NCBI RefSeq assembly: GCF_009914755.1
Contig: NC_060939.1
From: the human T2T-CHM13v2.0 reference genome, Homo sapiens
DNA length: 64,000 bases
Reading direction: 5' to 3' (one strand)
This document shows, in pieces, positions 1 to 15,037 of the stretch (positions within the stretch are counted from its first letter, which is position 1; each line of letters begins with the position of its first letter). The notes beneath the pieces are model-generated. The model saw only the letters and a program-made list of their open reading frames with translations. It had not been told where the DNA came from and did not search any database. Both the position numbers and the translations under genes were made by a program.

Positions 1-362
1 CAGCATCTCATCTAAAGAACAGATAAGCACTACACTGGGCAGGCAGAACAGTTAGTTTTTGTAGGGAAACTTGAGCAGGAACAAAGAAACAGTGGATTGG
101 TTAACATTAGTTGCTTCAGATTACTTTCATTGTAAGGGTCAAAGCAGAGGGGACTTTCTTATGTTGGCTAAAACTGTCCCATTTGGGGATTTGACACACA
201 CACTCTCCTGATTTCTCAGAAGGTCAGATAAATAACTTAGGTTTAGTTTGGTGATATGCAACTTTGGCACGAGTGACTGCATTTTGGTTCAGTCTGTTTG
301 GTTTGATCTGTAGAGTAGAAGCTCAATCCATATTAGTAGTCTCCCATAAATTTTATTTAACA
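1..362 (-). mobile_element. ERV1-class LTR, MER31-like, cut by the window edge
   Basis: Reverse complement begins TGTTAAATAAAATTTATGGGAG...CCAAAATGCAGTCACTC, resembling a MER31/MER4-group LTR 5' end. Confidence 0.6.
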
Positions 363-1020
363 CAAGTAAGCTTAAGTAACCTTGTTCTAAATAGAAAGAC
401 TCACAGTTGCAAACATCTTCAGTTTTCCTGTATCTAAAATGTATTGCAGTTCAAATGAAGACTCCAAGTTCTTGTTTGTCTGTTTGCTTTGAGAAGGAAC
501 AGACAAACTTAACATAAGATGAGTCTAAATTTATCTGGGGAGTGGAACACTAAACAAACATGTTAGAAAAATTTTGAGGAAATAAAGGAAGAATATTTGT
601 TCCACCATATATTATAACATATTGCATAGTTATAATAATTTTATGGTTCTGGCCCAGGAATAGGCAGATGGATGAAACCAATTAGTGTCCTGAAATAAAC
701 CCCCAAGAGTACGTAGATTTTAGTATTAAATCTTTCAAATCTGTCATTCTTTTTGGGATGACTGATCTTGCCAGATATATGTAAAGCTGGATACTTAGTA
801 AGTCTAGTTTGTTTCGTAGAAATATTAGAAGAAAATACAAGTGAATGTTGTTATAGTACAGAAGAAGGGAAAGCCTTTGGAGTAAAAATAGTGAAATACA
901 GATGCTAAAATGGAGAGAACTTATAAATTTTACCATATGCAAACGTAAAACTTTGTTACAATAGATGCCTTAAGTTAAAGACAGAAGAGGAAACAAATAT
1001 TGGCAGCATGTATAGCTTAC

Positions 1021-1997
<977 letters not shown>

Positions 1998-2389
1998 CTC
2001 ATTATACCAAAAGCTCTTATATATAGATAAGAAAATTATAAACACTCTAATTGGAAAAACGGCAGCATATTTATATACATAATTCACAAAAGAATAAATA
2101 CAAAAGGCTTGTCATTGTTTGAAAGGATCAAGTCAAATTTGCTATTAATAGATTTCCCTGATTTCATCTTGTTGTACAGATTTATGTTTTCTGGATCTTC
2201 CATCACTGTGAATGTATGTTGTTTCCTAAGATTATACATGATTTCCCTCCTTGGGGGAGGTTCTGCTTGACTGGGGTTCTATCTCCTTTTTGTACTGTTG
2301 TTCTTCATTTACCTAAGTTATGTAGCTAGTTTAGATTTCTCTTCAGGGCCTGCTCTAGACAGTGCAATAGGCCAAAAAAGTTCTTTTTT

Positions 2390-2825
2390 AAAAAAGGAAA
2401 GGGAGATTGGAAAGGCATAAATAAATCTGTCTCTACTCACATACAAGCATGATTGTCTATGTAGATAATCCCCAAACTGTATTTACAGAGGCTGATACAG
2501 CTAATGAGATAATTTAGGATGGCCACAGGATAAAAGGTTAATACACATAAATCAATTTCATTCCTACATACTAGCAGAGAACAACTGGAAATTTTAAAAA
2601 ATTTAAAGTACCACTTAGAATAGCATCAAAAGTATTTGAAATACCTAGGTATTTATCTAACAGAGCATGAATGAGATTTGCTTACTGAAATCTGTAAAAC
2701 ATTTATGAAAGAAATCAGACTTAAATAGAGAGATAAACCTGTGTTCAGGGAAAAGAAGACAATATTTTTAAGACGTCAAGTTGCCACAAATTCAACACAA
2801 TCCCAATCAAAATCCCAGCAGGCTG
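2390..2825 (+). mobile_element. Old L1M ORF2 fragment
   Basis: Degenerate RT-region sequence (gattggaaagg...catgattgtctatgtagataatccc...aatcccaatcaaaatcccagcagg). Confidence 0.7.
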
Positions 2826-3688
2826 GGCAGATGTTAGGTCAACTGTAAATAAAGCTGCTGTCGTTGCCATTGTTGTTGTTATTTCATAGAACTAGCCTGC
2901 AGTGGAGCTTGCTGCTTTGTGATGTAGGGAGTTCCTGTCATTCACACTTTTCAAATACAGATCGCTAAGACCCTTTGTCAAGGATGTCATATAGGAAATT
3001 ATATCATTAGGTAGGATGCTGGACTAGATCTACTTCAACCCTTCTAATTAAAAATATTATGATCTATTATTTGTAAGTTAGCAATTTACAGCTGTGGGGC
3101 ATGTGGAAAGGGAGCTACTGGAATATTCAGACTTTTTCAAATGTACTTATCCTTTCCCCGTCACCCTGTAAAACCATTGCATATAATGAGGGATCTTAGT
3201 AATAGGAGTGTGTTGCATGAGTGAGCTGTTTAAGGACTCTAATGTGACGTTTATTTTACTTTGTTGTTGTTGTTCTTACTTATCAAGCTGACTGAAAAGG
3301 AAAGTTTTATCAATCTTTTCCACTCTTTGAATTCTAATTATAGCTCTTAAAAAATGGTATAAATCTTAGGGAAGTATTCTTTAATATTTATTTTTAGACA
3401 TTTTTAATTTCTCCAATATAGTCAACTTAGTAAATAGTTCCAAATAAGGAAACTCAGAAATTATCTTTAAAACAGTTAGTTGTACCAGCAAATCATTTTT
3501 TAAAGATAATTGTATTCCTAACATGTATTTTTTATTATATATTTATTTTATGCTTTTGCAAAAATATGTGAAAGCTTCAAATAATGAGTAAAAATCCTGT
3601 GGATTTTATGATTTAAAAATTGGTTGAAATATGAATAGCTGCCTAGTTCTATTTTCATTAATGTCTTAATTTCCTTTTTATTTTAAAG

Positions 3689-3843
3689 CTCAACCTGAAT
3701 TCCTGAAGCAGCCTACTAATATATATGCTCACGAATCTATGGATATTGTATTTGAATGTGAAGTGACTGGAAAACCAACTCCAACTGTGAAGTGGGTCAA
3801 AAATGGGGATATGGTTATCCCAAGTGATTATTTTAAGATTGTA
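3689..3843 (+). CDS. NEO1: Neogenin coding exon (probably exon 6), N-terminal half of Ig-like domain 4
   Basis: Acceptor ttttaaag|CT at 3688/3689 and donor GTA|gtaagt at 3843/3844. 155 nt, phase 1 to phase 0. Translates (A)[51 protein letters not shown], an I-set Ig pattern recognised as neogenin. Confidence 0.96.
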
Positions 3844-4835
3844 GTAAGTATTTTTCAAAGAAGTGTGTTTATTTCTGTAACCTTTAGATATTTTTAAATG
3901 TAGTCACCGAGAGATCAGTTATCTTATATATACTAGTTTGTGTACTGCAAATGAAATAGAAGAATTCACATAGAATGTAATACCTTCATTGGCTGATGAG
4001 AAAGCTGAGCCCAGAAATACTTTGGTAGCTTATGTAAGATCACATAGCAAGTCAGTGGCTTACCTAAGCCTAGAGTCTAGACTCTTACTTGAACACACTG
4101 GCACTCTGAAACACAGCTGCCACCATTTTCTGGCAGATGATTAGCACACATGTGTGTGCGTGTATGTGTGTCCCCAGTTGTCTTCACAGCTCTCTGTTCA
4201 AGAAGCAGAAATCTTTCCACACTTCTCCTTGAAGTGTGGAAAGATGATCCTTTTGAAAAACATAATATGTAAGAATGCAACTGACTATACAAAACTTAAC
4301 CTTAAATCGTATACCGATGCCCAGACCCTTCAAAATAAGGATGACCCAGTGTCGGACAATTGTGGTAGCAATAGTTATAAAGATTCTTTTTTAAAAATGC
4401 ATTTAAAAAGTGTCAAGTGTATTTAAGAATACTCAGCCATAATTGCTTTTTACTATACTTTATATATAGTAAATGATTCTTAGATATTACCTACTATTAT
4501 CATCAATATCTAACATTTTAGTAATAGAATTATCCAGCTTTAGTAATAAAGATTAATGACATACCTTGAGATCTATACATGACATTCATAAAAATGATCA
4601 GAACTATAGTTGTTAAAGACATAATGTCTCATTACAAATTTGTCATACAAGTAAACATTCTTAGAAATATATTTTCTATTTTTGAAATGCATGATCTCCT
4701 GTTGCAAAAAGTAATTTACAAGTATTTAACATTAAAAAGCAATCTGTTATAGTTAAAATAGCCTCTTAAAATCAATATTTGGAAACTAGAAAATTTTTAA
4801 ATCATATTTATTATACCAATAACAGTAGTTAAAAA

Positions 4836-5126
4836 TTTTTTTTGTTTTTTAAGACAGGGTCTTGCTGTGTCACCCTGGCTGGAGTGCAGTGGTTTGATCA
4901 TAGCTCACCACAGCCTCAAACTCCTGGGCTTAAGCGATCCTCCTGCCAACCTGAGTAGCTGGAACTACAGGCACGCACTACCATGACCAGCCAATTTTGT
5001 ATTTTTTGTAGAGATGGGGTTTCACTGTGTTGCTCAGTCTGGTCTTCAGCGCCTGGGCTCAAGTGATACTCCTGCCTCGGCCTCCCAAAGTGCTGGGGTT
5101 ACAGGTGTGAGCCACTGCTCCTGGCC
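4836..5126 (-). mobile_element. AluJ
   Basis: Poly-T then antisense Alu dimer with J-type diagnostics (gatcatagctcac, ctcctgggct). Confidence 0.9.
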
Positions 5127-5592
5127 CAGTAGTAATAGTTGACATTCATATAGTACTTTTTCATTTAAGGAAAGCTCACATGGCTTCATTTAATTTATTG
5201 TAGTCTAATCTGTTAGAACTATTGATATTATAGATAGTCTTAGGAAAAATAATACCTTAAATTCACAAATTGGACTTTAACTGTGGTCAGTTGGTATTGC
5301 GTGCCAGATCTTTTTCCAGGCAAAGGTGTAGTTTGCAAACAGTGAGAGTATGACTTTCCATGCGTTAAGTTCTTCATCGTGAATGACAGTATGTACTCTT
5401 CTATTCAGTTAAATTGGTACCTTGCCAATGCTTTAGTATGAAATTGAGTTAACAAGTACTTGGATAATATTTAATAATTGGATCATAAAAACTTTACTTG
5501 TTTTTTTCCTCTCCAAAAAGCATATTTTTGAGATTTTGATCTGGTATTTATCAATTAAATTATGTAATTTTATTTATGCTTTTCTTCTTCAG

Positions 5593-5713
5593 AAGGAACA
5601 TAATCTTCAAGTTTTGGGTCTGGTGAAATCAGATGAAGGGTTCTATCAGTGCATTGCTGAAAATGATGTTGGAAATGCACAAGCTGGAGCCCAACTGATA
5701 ATCCTTGAACATG
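5593..5713 (+). CDS. NEO1: Neogenin coding exon (probably exon 7), C-terminal half of Ig-like domain 4
   Basis: Acceptor tttcttcttcag|AAG and donor CATG|gtaaga. 121 nt, phase 0 to phase 1. Translates [40 protein letters not shown] (DxGxYxC motif), in frame with the previous exon; lies in ORF 5536..5727. Confidence 0.96.
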
Positions 5714-6400
5714 GTAAGAAGGGCTGAAATAGTCAGATGATAGAGGCTGTGTGCTTGATGAACAAGCACCCATCCGTCCAAATAACTCATGATTGATAAC
5801 CCATTAGTAAAGGCCAATATGTGGCATAGCTAAGAGAAAAAGAATAGCAGTCTAAATCATTTCTATTACATAAAATTACCTAGAAGCACAATTTTGGATA
5901 ATGTTGAAAAGAAATTTTTACTAAGAAAAGGAAAACTGAATATTATAGTCTTAATAAATTAATTTTTAAAAGAATTTAGTCATCTTAATCTCACAAATAT
6001 ATTTCTGTCCTATAAAGAAAAACTTCTTTTTTTTCCAATTCTATACACTTTTATTAATACACTTACAAAAAATAACATTCAAACACTGAGAAAACTAAAT
6101 AACTTTGGAAGCAGAGCTCATTGTTTTCTGCTTACATATAAGTGACAATTCTGGGCTGTTGGCACAAAATAGTCAACATTCATAAAACCCTGACTACTAT
6201 ATATCAAACATAAGTTAAAATCATAGGCAGTAGTTTATCAAATCCACGTTTCTTAGAAAAACTTAGTATTTATTTTGCATTGAAATTTTTAGTTTTTCCA
6301 GAATACAATTAATTTACCTTTTCTGATTACCACCAAAAAACCAAGTTTATTATTTAAAAATTCAGATAACAATGAAAAGTATAAAGAAAAAAATCCATCC

Positions 6401-7015
6401 TGTATCTCAAATTAGGGAACCCACACTGTAATTTGAGCAGAGTTTTAACATAAGGAATTAACATTGATATTGGGATTGGAGTAACAAAGGTTTGACTAGT
6501 AAGAAGTAAAGAGAACTCTAGACAATATAAGAATGGCAACTATCAGGAGCAACTACAACCCCTAGGTCTGAGATAGAGCCCTCAGGAAGAGGCCCCTCTT
6601 TTTACGGATGAGATCCAGACCCTGTTGGAGAGGGTGTAACCATGGTTTACTGGATGGCAGAGAAGTTGATGTGGTGTTTTGCTCTCTAAACTTGCTCAAA
6701 ATCTCCTTTCTTGAGGGTTGGGGAAAGCTGCTTACAGAGAGGTATCTCACTGGAAGCATTCTGCTACAAAACCACCCAGTGGATCAGGTGTAAGGGGAAG
6801 CTGCTGGCTATAGGAGGCTGCCAGGGTAGTACACTAGAACCAGGAAGGAAACTCCTTTCTTCTGTACTGTATCTCCATTGCCTTCTATTGATAAAGTTTA
6901 ATACATATGCCAGCTGGCAAAGGAAAAGTATATAAAGGACATGGCTCTGTTTTTGCAGCATAGGCAATGAAATCAGAATTTGGAGCTGAGAGGCAGTAAA
7001 TTGATAACTGGTACA
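6401..7015 (-). mobile_element. Old ERV LTR (LTR78-like), second copy
   Basis: Ends ttggagctgagaggcagtaaattgataactggtaca; shares blocks with 1021-1997. Confidence 0.5.
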
Positions 7016-7148
7016 CACTTCAAATCCTACCACCTGGGTATACTGTGTATGGTTTTATAATTTCCTGTTTTGTTGCAACAGCATGCTGTGTATATCTTTC
7101 TGTGTCAACAGTTGATCTGCATCAATATTGTTTCTTATTAAATAATAT

Positions 7149-7168
7149 GTATATATATATATATATAC
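7149..7168. repeat. (TA)n microsatellite
   Basis: Visible tatatatatatatatata run. Confidence 0.85.
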
Positions 7169-8693
7169 ACTGTTTTATATAACAGATTTTATATTGGTTA
7201 ACATTTAGATTGTCACCTGTTTTTTCCTATTACAAACAAGGATGTATTGAACTTTTTATGTGATTATTTTCTTATACTAAATTACTAGAAGTTGAATTAT
7301 TGGATAACAGTTCTGTGTTAAATTGATAAGGGTACCTGTTGGGTGCATTATTCATTTGTTTTAGCAACTGAAACATTTTTCATTTTGAGCATTTCTCAAA
7401 AATACATGAAAAAGATGCCACTTTAGACATCTGATCTTTTATTCAAGTCAAATACAATCAGGTATTGGTGTGCCTCCAGGAAGAATTTCTCTGATGATTG
7501 TAGTTTGGCCAGGGAAGCTAATTGGCAAAGATGGCACCTACTCTGGCTTTTCACTAACATGGCATATATGTAGGATTTTTGTGTGCTATTTTTTGAAAAA
7601 TATACTTGAGAGTGCTGTTACAGAAAAGCATAAAATATTAGAACTGCTTTTTTCTTCTTAGGTTTGTATATACCCTCCCCTGTTTATTGGAAATGATTTT
7701 AGTAGAAGCATGCCATTTTTCCATCTTGGTGAAATGCCTGAGTACAATTACCAAATAAGGCACTAGCAGAATTAGTGAGGTAGATAGGCTTATTTCTTTT
7801 TACTTGTGGCAGTGACTTTTCTTAGTAAACCTCATAGCTATTTGGGGTATATTTATTTACATGGAACTAAGCAAAGGCACTTCATTATATTTGTGTTTGA
7901 GATTACTGTTACAAATCTAACTCTAACAGTAGAAATGGTTAAGTATGCCAGGAAGTTCCTAAACTAATCCTAATTGGGCTTTTCTCTGAAAATATTTGGA
8001 TAGTGTTAAAATTGTAGTCATAGTGTATTTGCTTCTCTCTTTTTGAGAATAGCGTTTTATGAGCTGATGAAATTTTTTAGTGACGTTATTGGGCATGTAT
8101 TAAAGATGCATAGATTATAAGAAGGAGAGTAAGTGTCATGTTATTAATTGTGTTTTCTATTTTGCTGTTTTAATTTGCAAGATAAATATTTATACAGGAA
8201 AGCTAAAAGAAGGAATACAGTAACTTACTAGATCTGAGCTCTTCTTTTTTAGAGTTTACAATATAATAAGGGATGTAAGAGATATATAAAACTTGAATAC
8301 CAGTCCAGATGCATAAATAAAGCAGCATACAGTTCAGAAGAGAGGAATTCTGTCTGTGTGATCAGGGAATTTTTTCATGTAAGGTGTCCCCTTTGTAATA
8401 GGCCTTGAATTATAAGATTTCTAGATGTTAATTCAAAGGAAGACCTGGATCAATATGGAAATAAAATAGAAGACCTGTTCCTGTAGTAAGGTAGCCTTTA
8501 ACAGCAGAATAGGATCAGAGTGCATGATTATAAATAATAAAAACAATGCCATGTGTAATGAGTATGATGATAAAGTCAGGTTTAGAGGAAGACAGAGTGC
8601 AAGCTGGTTGAAGGAAAATTGTTATGAGGCCATTGTGAGATGATAAATACTTACACTAGAGAAATCGGTGGAAAAGGATCCTACTAAGGAGAT

Positions 8694-9096
8694 TGTGTTA
8701 GTCTGTTCTTGCATTGCTATAAAGAAATACGTGAGGCTAGGTAATTTATAAAGAAAAGAGGTTTAGTTGGCTCCCAGTTCCACAGGCTGTACAGGAAGCA
8801 TGGTGCTGGCATCTGCTTGGCTCCTGGGGAGGCCTCAGGAAGCTTCCAATCATGGTGGAAGGCAAGAGGGGAGCAGGCATCTCACATGGCAGGACCAGGA
8901 TCAGGAGAGTGAGGTGGGGGGGTGCCACACACTTTTAAACAACCAGATCTTGTGAGAACTCACTATCTCAAGGACAGCACCAAGCCATGAGGGATCTTCC
9001 CCCATGACCCAAACACCTCCCCAGGTTCCACCTCCAACACTGGGGATTACCTTTTCACATGAGATTTGGGCAGGGACAAATATCCAGACTATGTCA
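8694..9096 (-). mobile_element. MaLR solo LTR, MSTA/MSTB-like
   Basis: tgtgttagtctgttcttgcattgctataaag ... atccagactatgtca; flanks gagat/gaggt (5-bp TSD, 1 mismatch). Confidence 0.88.
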
Positions 9097-9208
9097 GAGG
9101 TGTTAGTGATTTATCTGATTGAGACTTTATCAACTGATTGAACATTAAACATTGTTATAGAGAAGCCAGAGATACTTCCAAGGTTTACCCAAGTTCTGGG
9201 TAACTAGG

Positions 9209-9583
9209 TGTATTAGTCCATTTTCACACTGCTGTTAAAGACATACCTGAAACAGGGCAATTTACAAAAGAAAGAGATTTAATGGGACTTGCCCTTCCAC
9301 ATGGCTGGGGAGGTCTCACAATCATGGCAGAAGGCAAGGAGGAGCGAGTCACATCTTATATGGATGGCAGCAGGCAAAGAGAGAGCTTGTGCAGGGAAAC
9401 TCCCATTTTCCAAGCCATCAGATCTCATGAGACTCATTCACTATCACGAGAACAGCACAGGAAAGACCCACCCCTATAATTCAATCACCTCCCACTGGGT
9501 GATTCCACTGGGAGGTGGAATGGGAATTGTGGGAGTTACAATTCAAGATAAGATTTGGGTGGGGACACATCCAAACCATATCA
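9209..9583 (-). mobile_element. MaLR solo LTR, THE1 (C-like)
   Basis: tgtattagtccattttcacactgctg ... ccaaaccatatca; flanks ctagg/ctaga. Confidence 0.9.
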
Positions 9584-9649
9584 CTAGAAGAATAGTGACA
9601 CCTTTACAAAAACAGAAAAGGAGGGCAGATCAAAGTGGAAGGAGATTTC

Positions 9650-11360
9650 CACTTCTGTTTAGGATATAAAGAGGTGCATAAAGAAAATCCCATTCTCACC
9701 ACATAAAGAGCTTAGTAATCTACAACGTCACAAGTTCTCTTGAGCCCAGCAGAGAGCTGAGCATGCAAAGCAAATATATTAGTTCATTTTCACACTGCTG
9801 ATAAAGACATACCTGAGACTGGGTAATTTATAAAGAAAAAGAGGTTTAATGGACTCACAGTTCCACATGGCTGGGGAGGCCTCACAATCATGGCAGAAGG
9901 CAAAAGGCACATGTTACATGGTGGCAGACAAGAGAGAATGGGAGTCAAGTGAAAGGGGAAACCCCTCATGAAATCATCATGTCGTGAGATTTACTCACTA
10001 CCACAAGAACCGTATGGGGAGAACCACCCCCATGATTTAATTATCTACCAGTAGGTCCCTTCCACAACACGTGGGAATTATGGGAGCTACAATTCAAGGT
10101 GAGGTTTGGGTGGGGACACAGCCAAACCATAACAGCAACCAAATAACCTAAATTCCAAAAAGGACAACCCTCCCCACACAACCCCCTCAAAGGCATAGAT
10201 CATATGCATTGTTTCACTTTTGGCAGAACACAAGAGAAAGAGACGGCTACTGTAAAAGTGAGTAAGAGGAAAACTCCTAGAGTTTTAACTAAAAGGCCTT
10301 TAACTGCAAGGCCAACGATGGCCTAATTTGGAATGTCTGGGGGCCTCAGACAGAATGGGAGTTTACACTTTCTTGCAAACACTTTTCCTTGGGGCTCCAC
10401 AGAGTACTCCCAATTAAGAGGAGGCAAAAGCAGGAGACTACAGAAAGCCATCTCTGTGGTGTAGGGATGAAGGAAGTGATGATCTGCAGCTGCAGAGAGA
10501 GAATGATGCAGAGAGGCCTTTGTGCCTGGGAGACAGGACAAAGGCCTTCCCATTTACTCAGACCCTTCTCCTTTAAGCCTCAAACCAGTGGGGGAGGGGC
10601 AGAAAACCTTCTGATTTCATACGTTTCTGAAGGGAGATTAGAAGTCAAACCCCTGTGCTGCTTAGAGGAGGAACCCTCCTGTCCCCAGGATGCAGGCAGA
10701 GACTCATTGATGCCGGGGAAAGGGTAGAAGAGAAAACCCTTTACTTCTGAAAGAGGCGCAGAAATCATTTTAGGCCTCAGGATTCTACACTGATACCAAG
10801 GAGAGGTCTTTTACTACTAGGGGAAGAGTAGGAAACTTCTACCTAAGACCAATACAAATACAAGGCAGATTTTGACTGCCACAGGAAGAAGAGCCAGAGG
10901 GCCTACCTAAGACTGAGGCTGGACCAGAACAATGGAGAATCCTAGCTGCCTCAACCATGAACTTTCTACTGTTTGGGAAAGGTCAAGAGCACAGAGGGAT
11001 ATCCTGTGGTATTGGTATGCTGGAGTGGTTGAAAACTCAGAGGAAAGGAAGAAAAAAGAGAGAGAAACTCTCTGGCTCCTAAGCACAGGACAATGGTAGT
11101 CTCCCAGTAGAGGAATTTGAAACCTATAGTATACTTAAGGTAACTATAACAATAAAATCCATTCCAAGCTCAATTCCTGACTAGATTAACTAAACTCTTT
11201 CACACTAATGACATGACAGAAAAATAAGCATACCATTTTTCAGGTGTAAATAATACTTACTGTTGTTCAGCATACCGTGTTCAGCATTCAAGCAAAAATT
11301 AATAGACTTTAATAAGCCCATCTATTGAGAGAGAAACTAATCATTAGAACTAATTTCAGC
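9650..11360 (+). mobile_element. Probable old L1M 5'-region, interrupted by THE1
   Basis: Purine-rich sequence resembling L1M 5' ends; continuous across the THE1 TSD. Confidence 0.4.
9775..10134 (-). mobile_element. MaLR solo LTR, THE1 (B-like)
   Basis: tatattagttcattttcacactgctgataaagacatacc ... gccaaaccataaca; flanks gcaaa/gcaac. Confidence 0.9.
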
Positions 11361-11434
11361 CTTTGTGACTTCTATGCAATAGAAAGATGTTCTTAGAAAA
11401 TATACCATTCAAATTTCATTCTTTATATACCTTT

Positions 11435-13085
<1,651 letters not shown>

Positions 13086-13099
13086 TTGAACAGAGCATC

Positions 13100-13850
13100 T
13101 AAGATGGGACAATATCAGAGGCTATAACATAAGTAAATTATAAGTAAATGGGAGTCTCACAGGGAAAACAGAACAAGGACAGGGAGAAACAAATGTTTGA
13201 ATAGATAATGGCCAAGAATTTTAAAAAATGAATTAGATCAAACCACACAACCAAAAAGAAGCTCAGACAACCCCCAAGCAAACTAAATACCATGATGATG
13301 ATAATAATAATAATAAAAAGAAAATATGCCTGTACACATCATAGTCAAACTTCTGGAAACCAAACATGAAAATATCTTGAAGGCAATTGGAAATTTAAAA
13401 AGAAGAAAGACACATTACATACAGAGGAACAAAGATAAGAATTGCAGCAGACTTTTTGCCAGAAAAAAAAAAAAATGTGAGCTAGAAGACACTGAGCAGT
13501 AGTTTTTAGTTTAAAAAAAAATAATTAAGGGGCCATGGTAATCTTCACTGTATTGTTCCAATTTTAGTATTAGTGTATGTGCTGCCCAAGTGAGCACAGA
13601 GCAACTTTTTAAGTCCTTAAAAAAAAAGGCAACCAAAAAAAAGGCAACCAAAACTATACCCAGCAAAAATATCTTTCAAAAATTAAAGTGAAATAAAGAC
13701 CTTTTCAGAACAGAAACTGAGAATTTGTTGCTGACATACCCATGCTACAAGAAATGTGAAAGGAGAAAAACAAAGTGGGCTAGAGTGTTTTTAAAGTAAA
13801 TATAAAAATATATTTTTAAGATTAATTGCTTTAAGAGATAATTGACTGTC
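13100..13850 (+). mobile_element. Old L1 ORF1-region fragment
   Basis: gaatagataatggccaagaatttt...cacatcatagtcaaactt...tatacccagcaaaaatatctttcaaa. Confidence 0.65.
13528..13597 (-). pseudogene. U6 snRNA pseudogene, 3'-truncated (about first 64 nt)
   Basis: Reverse complement GTGCTCACTTGGGCAGCACATACACTAATACTAAAATTGGAACAATACAGTGAAGATTACCATGGCCCCT aligns by eye to the U6 5' end, with a short internal duplication. Confidence 0.9.
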
Positions 13851-13871
13851 TAGACAGGCCCACAAAATTTT

Positions 13872-14081
13872 TTTCTTCTTTTTTTTTCACTCTAAATAGT
13901 TTATTTCCACCTTCACAAACTCATGCACCTCTGGCCATTATGCAAGGCACCATGAATTAAATAGTCATATCAGTATATATTTGTCTTACATGATTCAAGA
14001 TAAAGTGAATTTTAAAAGCAAATGGGTGCCAATGATGGGGAGGTGAGGGGAATAGGGCAGGCAGCAATAGGGTAACACGCA
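13872..14081 (-). pseudogene. Orphan polyadenylated retro-insert (about 200 nt) of unknown source
   Basis: Poly-T 13868-13887, minus-strand AATAAA at 13900-13905, TSD ACAAAATTTT at 13862-13871 and 14082-14091. Confidence 0.7.
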
Positions 14082-14265
14082 ACAAAATTTTCTGTAAAGG
14101 GCTAGATAGTAAATATTTTAGGCTTAATGGGTCAGTCTCTGTCACAGCTACTTAACTCTACCATTCTAGCGCAAAAGCCACCATATAGATCAAACAACCT
14201 TGGCTGCTCCGGTGAAACTTTGTTTACAAAAACAAGTAGCAGGTCCTAATATGCTTACTCTGGTC
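14082..14265 (+). mobile_element. MER58A-like hAT DNA transposon relic
   Basis: ttttctgtaaagggctagatagtaaatattttaggc...ctctgtcacagctacttaactc. Confidence 0.8.
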
Positions 14266-14805
14266 TAACACAGAAATAGTTGATAACATGAAATTTAGAA
14301 GTGTGACAGAATGGTATATGTAGTGTAGTCCGATGTGTAGGGTAGAATTGAAAATAAACTATTGTAAGATTATTACTGCACACAACAATACTGTGTGTCG
14401 AAGATGCTCAGATACTTTCAATATTATTTTTAAACAAGACTCATGAAGATAACAACTATTACAAAATATTTCCTTTTTCAATAATTCACTCCATTATTTT
14501 TCTAGTTAAGCTCAGATAGTGATCACAGAGATATGTTAGTAAACTATCTGTAGTTTGTAGTTCTCCCTTTAACAGTTCCTTTTTGGAGTGACTAGGGCAC
14601 ATTTCCTCCTCATTATTCATACACCAAGTCTGACTTTCTTCACTTATCCTTATATTCTTCATTCTCCTGCTCCCTGTTTGCCTTTTTTTCCTCCCACTCC
14701 TTCCCCCTTTTTATTTAAAAAATTTTAAGTGAAACAGACATCCACTGATGAGAAATAACTTAGAATCACAAACTATCACGGCTGAAAGATACGTATCATG
14801 TAGTA

Positions 14806-15037
14806 CAGTGGTTGGCAAACTTTCTGTTAAGGGCCAAAGAATAGATACTTCAGGCTTTACCTGACATTTGGTCTCTGTTTACATTGCTCACCTCTGCTAT
14901 TATAAGTTTGAAAACCACCACAGACAGAATACAGACAATCTGTAACAAATATGTGTAGCTGTGTTCCTGTAAAACTTTATATACAAAAGCAGGAAGTACA
15001 CTGGATTTGGCCTGTGGGCACAGTTTGCGAATCTCAA
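14806..15037 (+). mobile_element. MER58A-like relic, second copy
   Basis: cagtggttggcaaactttctgttaagggcc ... gatttggcctgtgggcacagtttgc. Confidence 0.8.

Noticed and set aside
9209-10134. THE1 provirus with two LTRs
   Set aside because: Each LTR has its own TSD, the two differ in subfamily features, and only about 190 nt of non-internal sequence separates them.
13528-13597. Functional U6 gene
   Set aside because: 3' half missing, ACAGAGA box mutated, and embedded in L1 sequence with no recognisable PSE/TATA.
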